Program-made: the position numbers and the translations under genes | In this document: positions 12,940-26,100 of the stretch, piece by piece | Layout: each line of letters starts with the position of its first letter | Position numbering within the stretch: position 1 is the first letter of the stretch | Assembly (NCBI GenBank): GCA_032718475.1 | Contig: JAUCBJ010000777.1 | Location: forward strand, 44,983-108,982 | Origin: Nemertoderma westbladi | Lineage: Eukaryota > Animalia > Xenacoelomorpha | Direction of reading: 5' to 3' | Length of the DNA stretch: 64,000 nucleotides | The notes under the pieces: generated by a model | Told to the model about the DNA's origin: nothing | The model's database searches: none | Seen by the model: the letters and a program-made list of their open reading frames with translations, nothing else

Positions 12940-13315
12940 CATTTCTATGTTTGTTGGAGGTTGGTGGTGATTATTCATCAGAAATTATTTTGTCACAAAC
13001 CGGGTGTGAAAAGCTGCGAATTACATAATAACTGATTTATCATAAAGAATTTATATAAATAAATAATTGGTTTATTTCTTGATTATAGATAGACCAACAC
13101 TTAGTGTCTTATTCTTTTATTGAAAAGGTGAAATAGAAAGAAATAAGAGAAAATTATAAATATGTAAATATTATATATATTTTTTAATTGAAACAATTTT
13201 TTAATTGAATGAGACTGGTAAAGTGGGCAATGCGAATAATTTTTTCATTAAAATATTTTGTTCCACTTTATCGATTATATCAATAATTAGCAAATTCCAG
13301 TCACCCAAACTATAC

Positions 13316-16053
13316 GAGGTATCCCGGGATTCTTTCCTTATGTGGAAGGATGCAGGGCGTCCTAATTCGGGTCCTATTTATGAAATAAAAAAACGTAGCA
13401 ATTTAAGATTTAAATATGCGGTAAGATCAGCCAAACTTCATGAATTACAGATATGTAAAGATATTTTAGCTAAAAAATTGTTATGTAATAATAGTAGAGA
13501 TTTTTGGAAAGAGATAAAGAGAATTAATAATAGCAATATTCCTTTACCTACGTCAATAGATGGTGTTTCTGGTGCTGATCAAATAGCTAATCGTTGGCAA
13601 GAACATTTTAAAGATTTATTATGACATGAAAGTTAATTATGACGAAATTAAAGTTGAGATTGAAGAAATAGAAAGTAGTATAAAGCATCTGAGTGCAGGT
13701 AAATCAGGAGGTAACGATAATATTTTTGCTGAACATCTTAAATATTCCTGTGCGGATTTATACAATATTCTAGCATTATTGTTTACTAGTTTTATAGTGA
13801 ATGGTTTTTTACCGATGTCTATAATTACTGTAATATTGGTACCGATTATAAAAGATAAGTCAGCGAAGTTGAATAGTAAAGATAATTATAGACCGATTGC
13901 TCTGGAAGTGTTTTATCGAAAGTTCGGTATTAAACTAAAACTGGGCACTGACATGTGTATTTATTTATTCTCTTAGAAATGTTATATAAATATGGTCAAC
14001 TTCAGTCAACTATGTTTGTTAGTTTTTTGGATGCCTCCAAGGCTTTCGACCGTATAAACCACGATAAATTATTTTAAATCTTATTGAATAGAGTTGTCCC
14101 TAAATATATTGTTAGGTTAATTGTTCATTGGTATGTCAATCAATTATTTGCTTCCCGCTGGGGAAATGTATTATCGTCTTTTTTTACAGTTAGCAATGGT
14201 TGCAGACAGGGAATTATTTTGTCTCCCTATCTATTTAATATATACATGGACTGTTTATCTGTCGAATTAAATCAACTTAATATTGGTTGTTTATATAGTA
14301 CACTTGTATTAATTTCTCCGTCTGTAAAGGGTATGCAGTCTTTATTAAACAAGATTTACAATTCAATAAAAATGACGATGTTAACTTTAGTGCGAAGAAA
14401 AGTGCAATTTTGATTATTAGGTCAAAATCTCAATCCAAGTTTTTCTTTCCCAGAATTTAAATTAGGTACCTTAAAAATTCCGAGCAGTGAAACTGTTAAA
14501 TATTTAGGCCACTTTATTACAGATACACTTAGTGATGATAAGGATATAGTTAGGCATTACAGATACACTTAGTGATGATAAGGATATAGTTAGGCATTAC
14601 AGATACACTTAGTGATGATAAGGATATAGTTAGGCATTACAGATACACTTAGTGATGATATGGATATAGTTAGGCATTACAGATACACTTAGTGATGATA
14701 AGGATATAGTTAGGCATTACAGATACACTTAGTGATACTATGGATATAGTTAGGCATTACAGATACACTTAGTGATGATAAGGATATAGTTAGGCATTAC
14801 AGATACACTTAGTGATGATAAGGATATAGTTAGGCATTACAGATACACGTAGTGATGATAAGGATATAGTTAGGCATTACAGATACACTTAGTGATGATA
14901 TGGATATAGTTAGGCATTACAGATACACTTAGTGATGATAAGGATATAGTTAGGCATTACAAATACACTTAGTGATGATAAGGATATAGTTAGGCATTAC
15001 AGATACACTTAGTGATGATAAGGATATAGTTAGACATTACAGATACACTTAGTGATGATAAGGATATAGTTAGGCATTACAGATACACTTAGTGATAATA
15101 AGGATATAGTTAGGCATTACAGATACACTTAGTGATGATAAGGATATAGTTAGGCATTACAGATACACTTAGTGATGATAAGGATATAGTTAGGCATACA
15201 GATACACTTAGTGATGATAAGGATATAGTTAGGTATTACAGATACACTTAGTGATGATAAGGATATAGTTAGGCATTACTGATACACTTAGTGATGATAA
15301 GGATATAGTTAGGCATTACAGATACACTAAGTGATGATAAGGATAGAGTTAGGCATTACTGATACACTTAGTGATGATAAGGATATAGTTAGGCATTACA
15401 GATACACTTAGTGATGATAAGGATATAGTTAGGCAAATTAGGAAACTATACGCCCAAGGAAATAGTCTGAAACGCCAATATTTTATGTGTTCACATAAAG
15501 TTAAGGTAACACTATTTAGAGCTTTTTGTAGCAGATATATACTTGTCAATTATGGTGCAATTATTACAAAAAAGTAACTATTAATAAATTTTCGGTAGCG
15601 TATAATAATATATTTAGAATATTGATGAGCTATCCCAAATACTGTAGTGCTTCTCAAATGTGGGTCTCAAATTACTGCAAAATATAATAAAAAATATATA
15701 ATTTTGCAAATAATTTTGCAACAGTTATGCGGAATTGAATGTACAGTATTATGGTTCGATTGCAAGCTAGTAAAAACTCAATAGTGTATAATATTATTAA
15801 CTCTGATGTAACTTTTATCTCTCCCTTTTGGCGTAGGTGGTTATCTGAACTTCAATGAACTGAATTTCAATCTCAATAAGAACATATTATTAAACGTGTT
15901 TCTAAATTAAGCTTTTGGTTATTAAATATTATGCTGGGAGTAGTATTTGTTGATCTATCTAGTTGTTGGGTTGGTGCAACGTGCAAGTGAACCGTATATA
16001 TGTTTATATATTTCGTGTTAAATATACAAAGATGAATTTAAATTGAATTGAAA
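13316..16053 (+). mobile_element. 5'-truncated decayed LINE (RTE-X-like RT)
   Basis: Broken ORFs with FWKEIK, NYRPIAL, FLDASKAFDRINH, GCRQG.ILSPYLFNIYMD, KYLGH; YADD region deleted; AATTG-type tail; TATAC at 13311-13315 and 16054-16058 as TSD. Confidence 0.88.
14516..15435. repeat. 40-bp minisatellite (23 copies) expanded inside the LINE RT coding sequence
   Basis: Unit attacagatacacttagtgatgataaggatatagttaggc; a single copy restores YLGHFITDTLSDDKDIVRQIRKLYAQGN. Confidence 0.97.
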
Positions 16054-17621
16054 TATACCACAATTTGCTATCCAGTCACCCAAACTATACCATAATTTGC
16101 TATCCAGTCACCCAAACAATACCATAATTTGCTATCCAGTCTCCCAAACTATACCATAATTTGCTATCCAGTCAGCCAAACTATACCATAATTTGCTATC
16201 CAGTCAGCCAAACTATACCATAATTTGCTATCCAGTCACCCAAACAATACCATAATTTGCTATCCAGTCACCCAAACTATACCATAATTTGCTATCCAGT
16301 CAGCCAAACTATACCATAATTTTCTATCCAGTCTCCCAAACTATACCATAATTCGCTATCCAGTCACCCAAACTATACCATAATTTGCTATACAGTCACC
16401 CAAACTATACCATAATATGCTATCCAGTCATCCAAACTATACCATAATTTGCTATCCAATCTCCTAAACTATACCATAATTTGCTATCCAGTCTCCCAAA
16501 CTATACCATAATTTGCTATCCAGTCACCCAAACTATACCATAATTTGCTATCCTGTCACCCAAACTATACCATCATTTGCTATCCAGTCTCCCAAACTAT
16601 ACCATAATTTGCTATCCATTCACCCAAACTATACCATAATTTGCTATCCAGTCTCCCAAACTATACCATAATTTGCTATCCAGTCACCCAAACTATACCA
16701 TAATTTGTTATCCAGTCACCCAAACTATACCATAATTTGCTGTCCAGTCTCCCAAACTATACCATAATTTGCTATCCAGTCACCCAAACTATACCATAAT
16801 TTGCTGTCCAGTCTCCCAAACTATACCATAATTTGCTATCCAGTCAGCCAAACTATACCATAATTTGCTATCCAGTCAGCCAAACTATACCATAATTTGC
16901 TATCCAGTCACCCAAACAATACCATAATTTTCTATCCAGTCACCCAAACAATACCATAATTTGCTATCCAGTCACCCAAACTATCCCATAATTTGCTATC
17001 CAGTCACCCAAACAATACCATAATTTGCTATCCAGTCACCCAAACTATACCATAATTTGCTATCCAGTCACCCAAACAATACCATAATTTGCTATCCAGT
17101 CACCCAAACTATACCATAATTTGCTGTCCAGTCTCCCAAACTATACCATAATTTGCTATCCAGTCACCCAAACTATACCATAATTTGCTGTCCAGTCTCC
17201 CAAACTATACCATAATTTGCTATCCAGTCAGCCAAACTATACCATAATTTGCTATCCAGTCAGCCAAACAATACCATAATTTGCTATCCAGTCACCCAAA
17301 CAATACCATAATTTTCTATCCAGTCACCCAAACTATACCATAATTTGCTATCCAGTCAGCCAAACTATACCATAATTTGCTATCCAGTCACCCAAACAAT
17401 ACCATAATTTTCTATCCAGTCACCCAAACTATACCATAATTTGCTATCCAGTCACCCAAACAATACCATAATTTTCTATCCAGTCACCCAAACTATACCA
17501 TAATTTGCTATCCAGTCAGCCAAACTATACCATAATTTGCTATCCAGTCACCCAAACAATACCATAATTTTCTATCCAGTCACCCAAACTATACCATAAT
17601 TTGCTATCCAGTCACCCAAAC
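16054..17621. repeat. 32-bp satellite, segment 2 (segment 1 is the partial monomer at 13296-13315)
   Basis: Unit tccagtcacccaaactataccataatttgcta. Confidence 0.98.
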
Positions 17622-18910
17622 TTTTCGCGCTTTCAGACCTTTGGCAGTTTAACCCGTCAAATTAAGATGTCTTCTAGATATTAAATCGCTTTTTAGCCTA
17701 TGACAAGTATTTGATTCACTACACTAGTCGAAACCAATCTGTGCGCGATCATTCACCCGCTGGATATTCCCGGGAGATTGGGTTCGACGGTTTAATTTTA
17801 TTGCTATGTAAGCGTAATGTATTATTCGACTGACAGTATTATATAATTTCTGACAATATTATTCACCTTCGGGAATATTAACAGTTCCTTTAGGACGTGG
17901 CGCTTTATCTATATAAACAGAGTTATGACTTAAACTACTCACAACGATATGGCTTAATTATAATTCACATATATGGCGCATTCTTTAGGAATTGCTTCTT
18001 TAACAGACTCACTCATACACAATGCTGCACAATACTGCACACTAATCTGCCAATCTGCACTGATTTTAGTCACATATAAAAGGAACACAGACTGACTCAT
18101 GTAGGGTCTATCAAATAACATTAGATTCACTTCAAACCACTTTAACATAAGTCACAATCGTTATTGGTAACCTTTCTCTCTTACCTTCGGTATATCAAGA
18201 ATATTGGGTTTTCGGGGTTATTTCTCGTTATTCCAATATAATAATTCATCAACCAATATAATGAATAACCGACAACAAATAGCAGTATACAGTATTGATT
18301 GAGCAGGTAAATTTTAGCAGTTTCAGCAGTTATTAAAAGCCGTGTGTCAGCAGTATTCACAGATCAGTGATTCCATGAGTTTGGTCGGTATGTCAGTTAA
18401 AGGATATATGTCCTTATAATTAAACCTACTAGTGTTGAGCTAAAAAGCAGAAAAGCACAAAACACTATAAAGCCGTTCTTTCGTGGCTTTGAAAAACTCG
18501 TGACTACTGCTCTATACGAGGATACCAACTACCCTTATTCCACGAAGCTCCCGTTCAACACAGAGAAAGAGCAGTGAGATAGGAAAATTTCAGTTCAGTA
18601 GCTCTGTGATAGGTCAAAATCAAGGCTAACTCAAATTCTATTGGCAGATACAGAAAGCTGCAACGTGGTAATATCAGCCGTTAGCCGTCGTCATGGTAGC
18701 GACACTGTTTTCAAGAGTATCGAGCTTTTTACGTCATGAAATTGCAGATTATGTCCTCTAAAGTACAAATACAGTTCAAATACAGAAGAAATGACTTTGA
18801 TGTCCTCTAAAACACCAGTACAGCAAGGACACGGCCTTTTTATGCCTGGCAAACCAACTACAGAGTACTTTAAGGGAAACTAACCGGTTAATGACGCAAA
18901 AGCTTTTACA
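17622..18910 (-). repeat. 3' LTR of BEL copy 2
   Basis: Direct repeat of 30774-32062 with about 6 substitutions seen by eye. Confidence 0.97.
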
Positions 18911-18919
18911 CCGCTCCCA
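18911..18919 (-). promoter_or_regulatory. Polypurine-tract-like plus-strand primer
   Basis: Minus strand TGGGAGCGG immediately precedes the 3' LTR start TGTAAAAG. Confidence 0.65.
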
Positions 18920-18988
18920 GAAAATGGGATTTAAGTCTATAAAATATAACAAATCACAGTTTCTAAAATATAAAGATACTCTAAACAG

Positions 18989-20508
18989 TTAGTCTTTCTT
19001 GCGCGGACGGCGTTTACGCAGTTTTTTAAAGCTAGCAAGAGTCATTTTCTCTTTGGGGGAAGCCACTTTACTAGGAGGGCCATAACTCCTGAGTGAAGGG
19101 TGCAATATGATTGCATTAAAAGGTTTGGGTTTACGGTCGGTGTCTCGTCCATTTCGACATGCTTCTCCTCGAGCTGATTTTCCTCCGCTTGTCATGGGAT
19201 ACGTTCGTCCAAAACTCTCGCAAAGAATAGGGTTTTCTAAGCTTGATATCTTCTTTGAGATTCGAGGTTTCCCAATCGAACTGAGATAAGGCCAATTCGT
19301 TTATCGATTGGACTTACTGTTATAACTTACGTTTATCTGAACAAACGCAGGTTTCTTTTTGATCTTTATAGAATAGCGTTTAACTCGTTTCGTACAACGC
19401 TCTCCTTCACCTTGATGAAGGGTTGTATCGCGTTAAACGTGACGACCATAAGGTTGGATAGTGATATTAGGTGTCTGCGTCATAATCCGGCTAGGCAAGA
19501 TGGGCGGCTAGCTAGAAATCACTGTCAGAGTGTTACCGATTAATTGTTAGGGTAGCACTAGATCTTGAACAGTGAATACCGTCCGCGAGGATCCGCGACA
19601 CCACCAAGATCGCAGGTCTGAGGTCCAACTAAGGAATGAGGAGGTTTGACCGAGTATTCCGGGACTCTGATCGTAGGTTTACTCTAGGATCGTTAGAGCC
19701 GAGTGAGCATAGGTGTTACGTCAAACAAGTTTCGCTCGAAACTCCAGTAAATATACAACTGTGTTTAACACAACGTTTCCGTGGATGTTTATGTCTTTCC
19801 GTTTATTGGCTGGGTCTAATACCCAAAAACGTATGTCTTGTAGGGGAAACGCGAGTGATCTTTCTCCAGCTTACAATATTCCTCCATCCGTTCGAAGCTA
19901 TTCGGTACAACAGGTAGCGGTCGATCGGCGGTAAGATACATCATAGGGGAATCGAGCCGTTTGAGTTCTACCATGCGGTCATGATGTATACCTTGAGGAT
20001 ATCGAGTTTCTAGATTTTGTTGACTGGCAATATTGAGATATGTTTCTATCAGGAATTCCAGATAATCGTTGAAGTCGCTGCGTTTATCCGGCTCCTCAAC
20101 GTCTTCTCTTTCGAGTCTGTTTCGAATAGAATTCTCGTGTTCCATTCTCGGTTTATCGTTCCGCCTCCGCTGGGTAGGATATTTCAATCGTACCATTTCC
20201 CTTTTGGTGTCGACATTGTCCGTATCGTATAAATCGATAGGATGACCAGTAGTTAAGAAGTCCACATACGTACCATTACGATGCGTATAGCGAGCGGTGA
20301 ATTTTCTATAGTCCAACTCTCGCGAGAGCTGCACTTGGGACATTGTCGGTTCGATATAACGACCATCGTCCTCTGCAGCAGTTGGACTAACGTCTCCGCG
20401 TATTAAGCTATCAACAAACGCTTGTAAAAGTAGAGTATATCGCTCCCCGATACCAAGACCATCTTCTATCAACTCCGTCATGTCTGCTATATATGAGTTT
20501 ATCCACAT
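18989..20508 (-). pseudogene. Accessory ORF between pol and the 3' LTR; function unknown, not obviously env
   Basis: 230-aa ORF 19816-20508; frameshifted continuation LDPANKRKDINIHGNVVLNTVVYLLEFRAKLV; basic ORF 18989-19195 ending KKLRKRRPRKKD; homologue in copy 1. Confidence 0.65.
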
Positions 20509-22133
20509 TATAAGGAGTTTATATTTAGGCTAGCGAGCGTCGCTGCCTACTCCAATTAACCCCCGGACAGTACGAGATCCTCAGCGCCGATGTGTCGTCG
20601 CCGCTGTACTTTCGCCAACGACGTAGCCGCGCAACGACAACGACAACCGGCACAAGTCACTCGACTGTCCGTCCCAAAGGCTTAGATGTACTTCAGGTTT
20701 TCCTTGGAGAGTTAGGTTACTTTTACGATTGCGACTAGCTACTGTAAACACACCTTAGCAGTAACATTCACCTATAAACTCACAAATACCACACACACAA
20801 CTTGTCACAAATTACACACATTCGGGCCATTTGTCCGTTAGTCAATGCCTTCCAGAATGTCACTGTATTATTATGTATCCTTGGATACTAGTAGTGCGCT
20901 ATTTATTCCCTATGCTATTCAATGGGACAAGCTTTCCATTGTTCTTTTAACTCAATTCTAATTCTAGCGTGGTTGTTGCTATGGTGACATTATGCAAAGC
21001 TAGCGGTAGAATTAGGGTACTTCCAATGCATACAGATCTGGGATGTTATTTAATAGTATTCTTTAATAGTCAATGTTCTGTTTTATACATGACTTTATGA
21101 ATTTTATCGGCTATTGACTATGTTTGGGAGACTTTCACACTCTCATACGCATGATAAGATAAATCTCCGCTCCCTTGATCTATTAATTAATGGAATTTTG
21201 GGAACTTTATAAATTGCGTAAAAATGGCAATTTATTAAATTCATTAAAAGGCATGAATTTAAATTTATTCCCTGAAATTTTATTATTTGATAATTAAATG
21301 GACATATTTTGATTCTAGAACATGTCTAGGGACACAAGATCCTTAATTTTATGACAATTGTCTTTTTTAAGAATATCGGTAAATGCTACGATATCTTAAT
21401 TGACTAGAATTGTTGAAGGATCTGAATTTTACAGATTTTGACTTATTTGATTTGTAAATATTAACTAATTAATATTTGAGATGGGCACCAATTTATTCCA
21501 GAACTTGTCTGGGGACGTTAACCACTGATTCTATAATTTGTCTTTCAAGTATATCGGTGGGTGCCACGATATCTTAATCGACTAGAATTACAGATGGTCA
21601 AAGGGTTTAACAGATTTATTTTGCGTTATACGCTACTGTTAAAGGGACATCACGCTACTATATGTATTATTTAATATACGGTATGAGAGCAATATCGCAC
21701 GAAGCAATGTCAGTGTGAAGAGGCAAGTCGTTTCCAAGGTCTACCCAGAGCTTGGTTTAGCCGAGACACGAGGATCTGAACTTTGCATTCCTAATACTCT
21801 GCCTACCAATAATACTTAAATATAGTAGTGGCTTTATTGTACTTTAATAAGTACGGACATTTCATCTTACTGTAGTTACGTATTTATAATATAATACGGA
21901 CAGTAAGGAAAGAGAAAAATAATTATTTCTTCGCCGTCTCACTAAATATAATATAAGTAATTACGTACGTAATAAACACGAATATATTGCACTATTCTAC
22001 AAAATAATCGCTAAATAATACTCTACTAAATTAAATAAAACGATTATAATAAAATTACATAGTAATACATACATAAATATAAAATAATAAAATAATATAA
22101 AATAATAGAGTCACACGCCCACTCCGAACGATA

Positions 22134-23160
22134 TTAAGTTGGGGAGTCCCTAGATGTCGGTTGGATTAGGGAAGTGGTCGTGGGAAGAGTTTCTTGCCTT
22201 CCATAGTTTCCGGAGAGCTCTCTGTCTCTTTCCAGTAAACATAAACGACCCACTGGGCGATTGAGCTGTTGAGTCTCAAAGACTATCCCTGGTTTCTTAA
22301 AGTTCCGCCGCATGACGACGAGCTCTACTGATCGCACCAAACCATCGCTCGAGATATGCGTCTCGATGATACGACCTGTTTGCCATCACTTACGTGGGAG
22401 ATCGGGGTCCACAATAAGCACCATGTCTCCAGCGCTGACGTTTTCTTGCTGCGCAAACCACTTAGTTCGAAGTTGTAGAGTGGGCAGGTAATGTTTCTCG
22501 AAATAGTCAGCGAAACGGCGGGATAGCAACTGCATAAGTTGCCAGGTTCGACGGCAGTATTCGTCTCCGTCTGTGATCTCCGATCGTGGGAGCATGGCTA
22601 CGGGTTTCTTCAGTAGAAAGTGCGCGGGTGTTAGCGCTTCCAGGGAATCAGGATTTGAAGAGACTGGCATAAGCGGTCTTTCGTTGAGATAGGCGGCGAT
22701 TTCCTCCATTAATGTCCGCAATAGTTCGTCGGTGAGATAAGCGCGACAAGGCACAATAAAGTGGAACGCAGTCTTCACGCTCCTAATCAATCTCTCCCAA
22801 CTTCCTCCCCACCAAGGGGCGTCGGCGGCGTTGAAGGTCCAGCTAGACGCTGTTATCCTTAGCTGATCGTCCACCTGTCTTTTGTTCCAGTCCTTTACGT
22901 AAGCTTGAATTTCGTTGTTGGCGCCAATGAAGTTCGTTCCCTTATCCGATCTCATCGTGTTACTGGTTCCGAAGCGAGCGATCTGTCGTCGTAAACTCAA
23001 CACGAAGCTGTTGGTGGATAGATCGTTTACCATATCGAGATGAATGGCTCTACAAGTCATACAAGTCATACAAGTCAAGTCATACAAGTCATACAAGTCA
23101 TTTCCCTAGGTAATTCTGCCTCTCGCTGCGTTAAAGGCCTACTGAATGCTTTCTTACTTT
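22134..23160 (-). pseudogene. BEL/Pao integrase fragment
   Basis: KKAFSRPLTQREAELPRE remnant, RAIHLDMV, RSDKGTNF, APWWGGSWERLIRSVK and a DUF5641-like tail (RTKWF...DLPRK*WQTGRI...DGLVRSV...RPVGRLCLL) with an internal stop at 22386. Confidence 0.92.
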
Positions 23161-23174
23161 CTTGCTTTCTTGCT

Positions 23175-26100
23175 TTCTTTCATACTCCGCTCGAGGAACT
23201 TTCAACTTGTTGTTGATTAATGCCTTAGAAGTAACCAAGGCGACTTTGATTCCATCCGGAGTTTCCACTCTTAGGTAGGCTACTATACCGATTCCCATAT
23301 CGCTGGCGTCTCCAAACACATGGAGTTGATAGGAATACGTAGGGAGAACATGACCAAAATATGAACGGGAAATTATAAAATCCTCGATAACTGGCAGAGA
23401 ATCTTCCCATTTCATCCACTGCTTCAATAATTCCCCCTTAAGTGGATCGTCCCATGAGTGGTTTTCAAGCCACATTTGTTGTACCAAACTACGAGCAATC
23501 AATATAACTGGGCTAATAAATCCCAATGGATCGAAATAAGTGCTCAGTATACTTAAGCAAATCCGTTTGGTTCGAACTGGATTATCTCGCTGTTTTAGCT
23601 GGAAAAACAGGATATCTCGCTCTGTGTCCCATTTCAAGCCGAGTGTCTTGGTCTCTGGCAGATCATCTTTGATCAAATCGAGATCTTTCGCTCCTCGATC
23701 TTCCGCAGGGATCGACTCCAGAAACTCACGGGAGTTGCTGGTGAATTTGGTTAATCGAAATCCACCTCTTTTTAAGCACTCTACCGTTCCCTTAGCGACC
23801 TCAATGGCTTCCTCAACTGATGGGAGGGACTTCAGATTGTCGTCCATGTATATGTCTCTCTTGATGTTGTCGATCACTTCCTTAGAGAATGCCTCTCGGT
23901 TGTCCTCTGCAGTCTACCGAACAGGCGTTGGAAGGGCTTGAGATTATCCCAAAGGCCTGGATGGTCATCCAGTACTCCACCAGTTTCTGGTTGAGATCTC
24001 CTTCGGGCCACCACAGAAATCGTAGACTATCTCGATCCCTATCTAACACTCTGACTTGTAAGAACATGCCTTCTATATCAGAGGCGAAAGCAATCGAATA
24101 TTGTCTCAATCTTAAAAGAATTCCCAACAAAGATTGAAGTAAGTTGGGTCCGGGTAACAATTCAGAGTTAAGGGATTGACCCATGTAAAGAGCGGAGCCA
24201 TCAAACACTACTCTCACTTCATTGGGTTTACCGGGTTTAGGAACGTAATGGTGAGTTAAGTAATACGTTCTTTCAGTCACAGGTGTTTCTTCCGGTACTC
24301 TCTCCGCGTATCCCTTACTAATAAATTTTTCCAGCTGTGTTTGATACATTGCTTTAGCTGAAGAATTAGCTGTAAGGCGTCGATGGAGTTGCGCGATTCT
24401 TTTTTCCGCCAGGGGTCTGTTATTGATGAACTTCGGTTCTCTCTTGCGGAAAGGTAGACCAACTTCATACCTACCTTGATCTTTGAGGAAACGTGTAGTT
24501 GTCTCTTGGATCTGCTTGGCCCTTTCCTCTTCCACCGACAAGGCTTTATCGTAGGAATTGGGCTCTACCGCCTCTTGCGTGAAGAATCGTACAGCATGTT
24601 CATCTCGAGTCTTGGCATTGCAACGCTCAATGACGTCATTTAACTCGTCGTTATAAGCTTCTCGTTCAGATGGATAGAGAAGTTGACATAAGTTCACTTG
24701 GTTTTGCCAAGCCTCGTTTTCCTTAAGGAGATCGATGGTATTCTCCTCATCAAAAAGCTGGTGAACGTCGTCATTATCTGAGGAGTATGGAATTCCCTCA
24801 GTTGAGTTGTCTCCCTCACTGGTATCATCTTCCCATTCACTCACCTGGCATACGCTCTCTGGCGGTAGTCTTTCTCTGAGTGTTCTACGGGAAGGGCCAG
24901 TAAAGTACCAACCTACTCTAGTTCTTACCGCATAGGTCTGTAGTGGCTGCGGTTGAGTAGGCCGTTTCTCTAATGTCTCCAGCGCTTCATGCGCATTTTG
25001 GCCGATGAGTATTTGCACTCCAGGATAATCAGTCTGAAATCGAGGTATGTTAAGATGTTGGATGCTCTCATCCTCGTCCCAATTATAAAGGTCTGCTTGG
25101 GTAGTAGCGAAGTTCTTTATAGCTACCATTTTCACTGACCTGATGCTATGTTCTCCTAGTTCGTCCTGGGGGGTGGACAACGCTCCTACATAATAATCAG
25201 CTGTTATTGTAGATTTCCAAACTTGCATAATGCCTGACATGTTGAGTTTAGTTTGGAACTTGGGTTGTCCAGCAAATATATCTTCGGCTAGCTCTTTATC
25301 GATGAATGTTCCTGTGCTGCCGGAGTCCAGGAGGGCGTTCACTACATAACTCCGTTTAGGTCCGTGCACCCTTACCTGCACCACAGGAAACTCTCGGATC
25401 CCTACATTGGAAGATGGCTCTTTCCAAGATGGTTGTCGTTCAGAAGTAGTTAGAGTGAAGTCGTTGTCTATATCCTTTTCATAGGTGAGTGCTCGATACA
25501 CTGCGGTATTTATCATATAACAGGATTCGTTTTCGTCGGAGAACTCGTCTGTATAGAATCCTTCCATCTCAGATTGATCAGTGTCGTTCACATCACTGAA
25601 TTGGACATGTAGCTCGGAATCACTTACCTGATTCGGACTATTTCGATCGAATTCAGCGTGCAACAAGATATGATGTTTCGCAACACACTTTGCACACCTT
25701 ATGTCAGAGAAACAGGTTCGCCGTTGGTGTCCTTGTCTGAGGCAATTATAACATAACCGCTTATCCCACATGACTTCGCGTCTCTCCGTTAATGATTTCT
25801 TTAGAAATTCATCACACCTATTCAAATGGTGGGTCCCGTCACACAGCGCACATTTCGGTTTGATATTACTTGCCTTATTCTGAGTCACATTGTGTACACT
25901 TGCCTTTTCTTCGGGCCTTCTCACCTGAATTCTCTTGGGAGACGTGGGAGGAGTTTTTCTTACCTGTTCCCTCCTGTCATTTGTTCGAGACTTGAATTTA
26001 CTTACCTGATCTTTAGGCATTTTATTCACGTAATAAGATCTATCCGTGTCCTTCCCGCTATCTTCTCCTTGAGAAGTCTGGCTTTCGCCGTCATCGGTAT

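Noticed and set aside
23102-23174. Apparent foreign filler DNA in pol
   Set aside because: One frame reads KKAFSRPLTQREAELPRE, the usual segment before the BEL integrase core, so most of it is native sequence between two deletions
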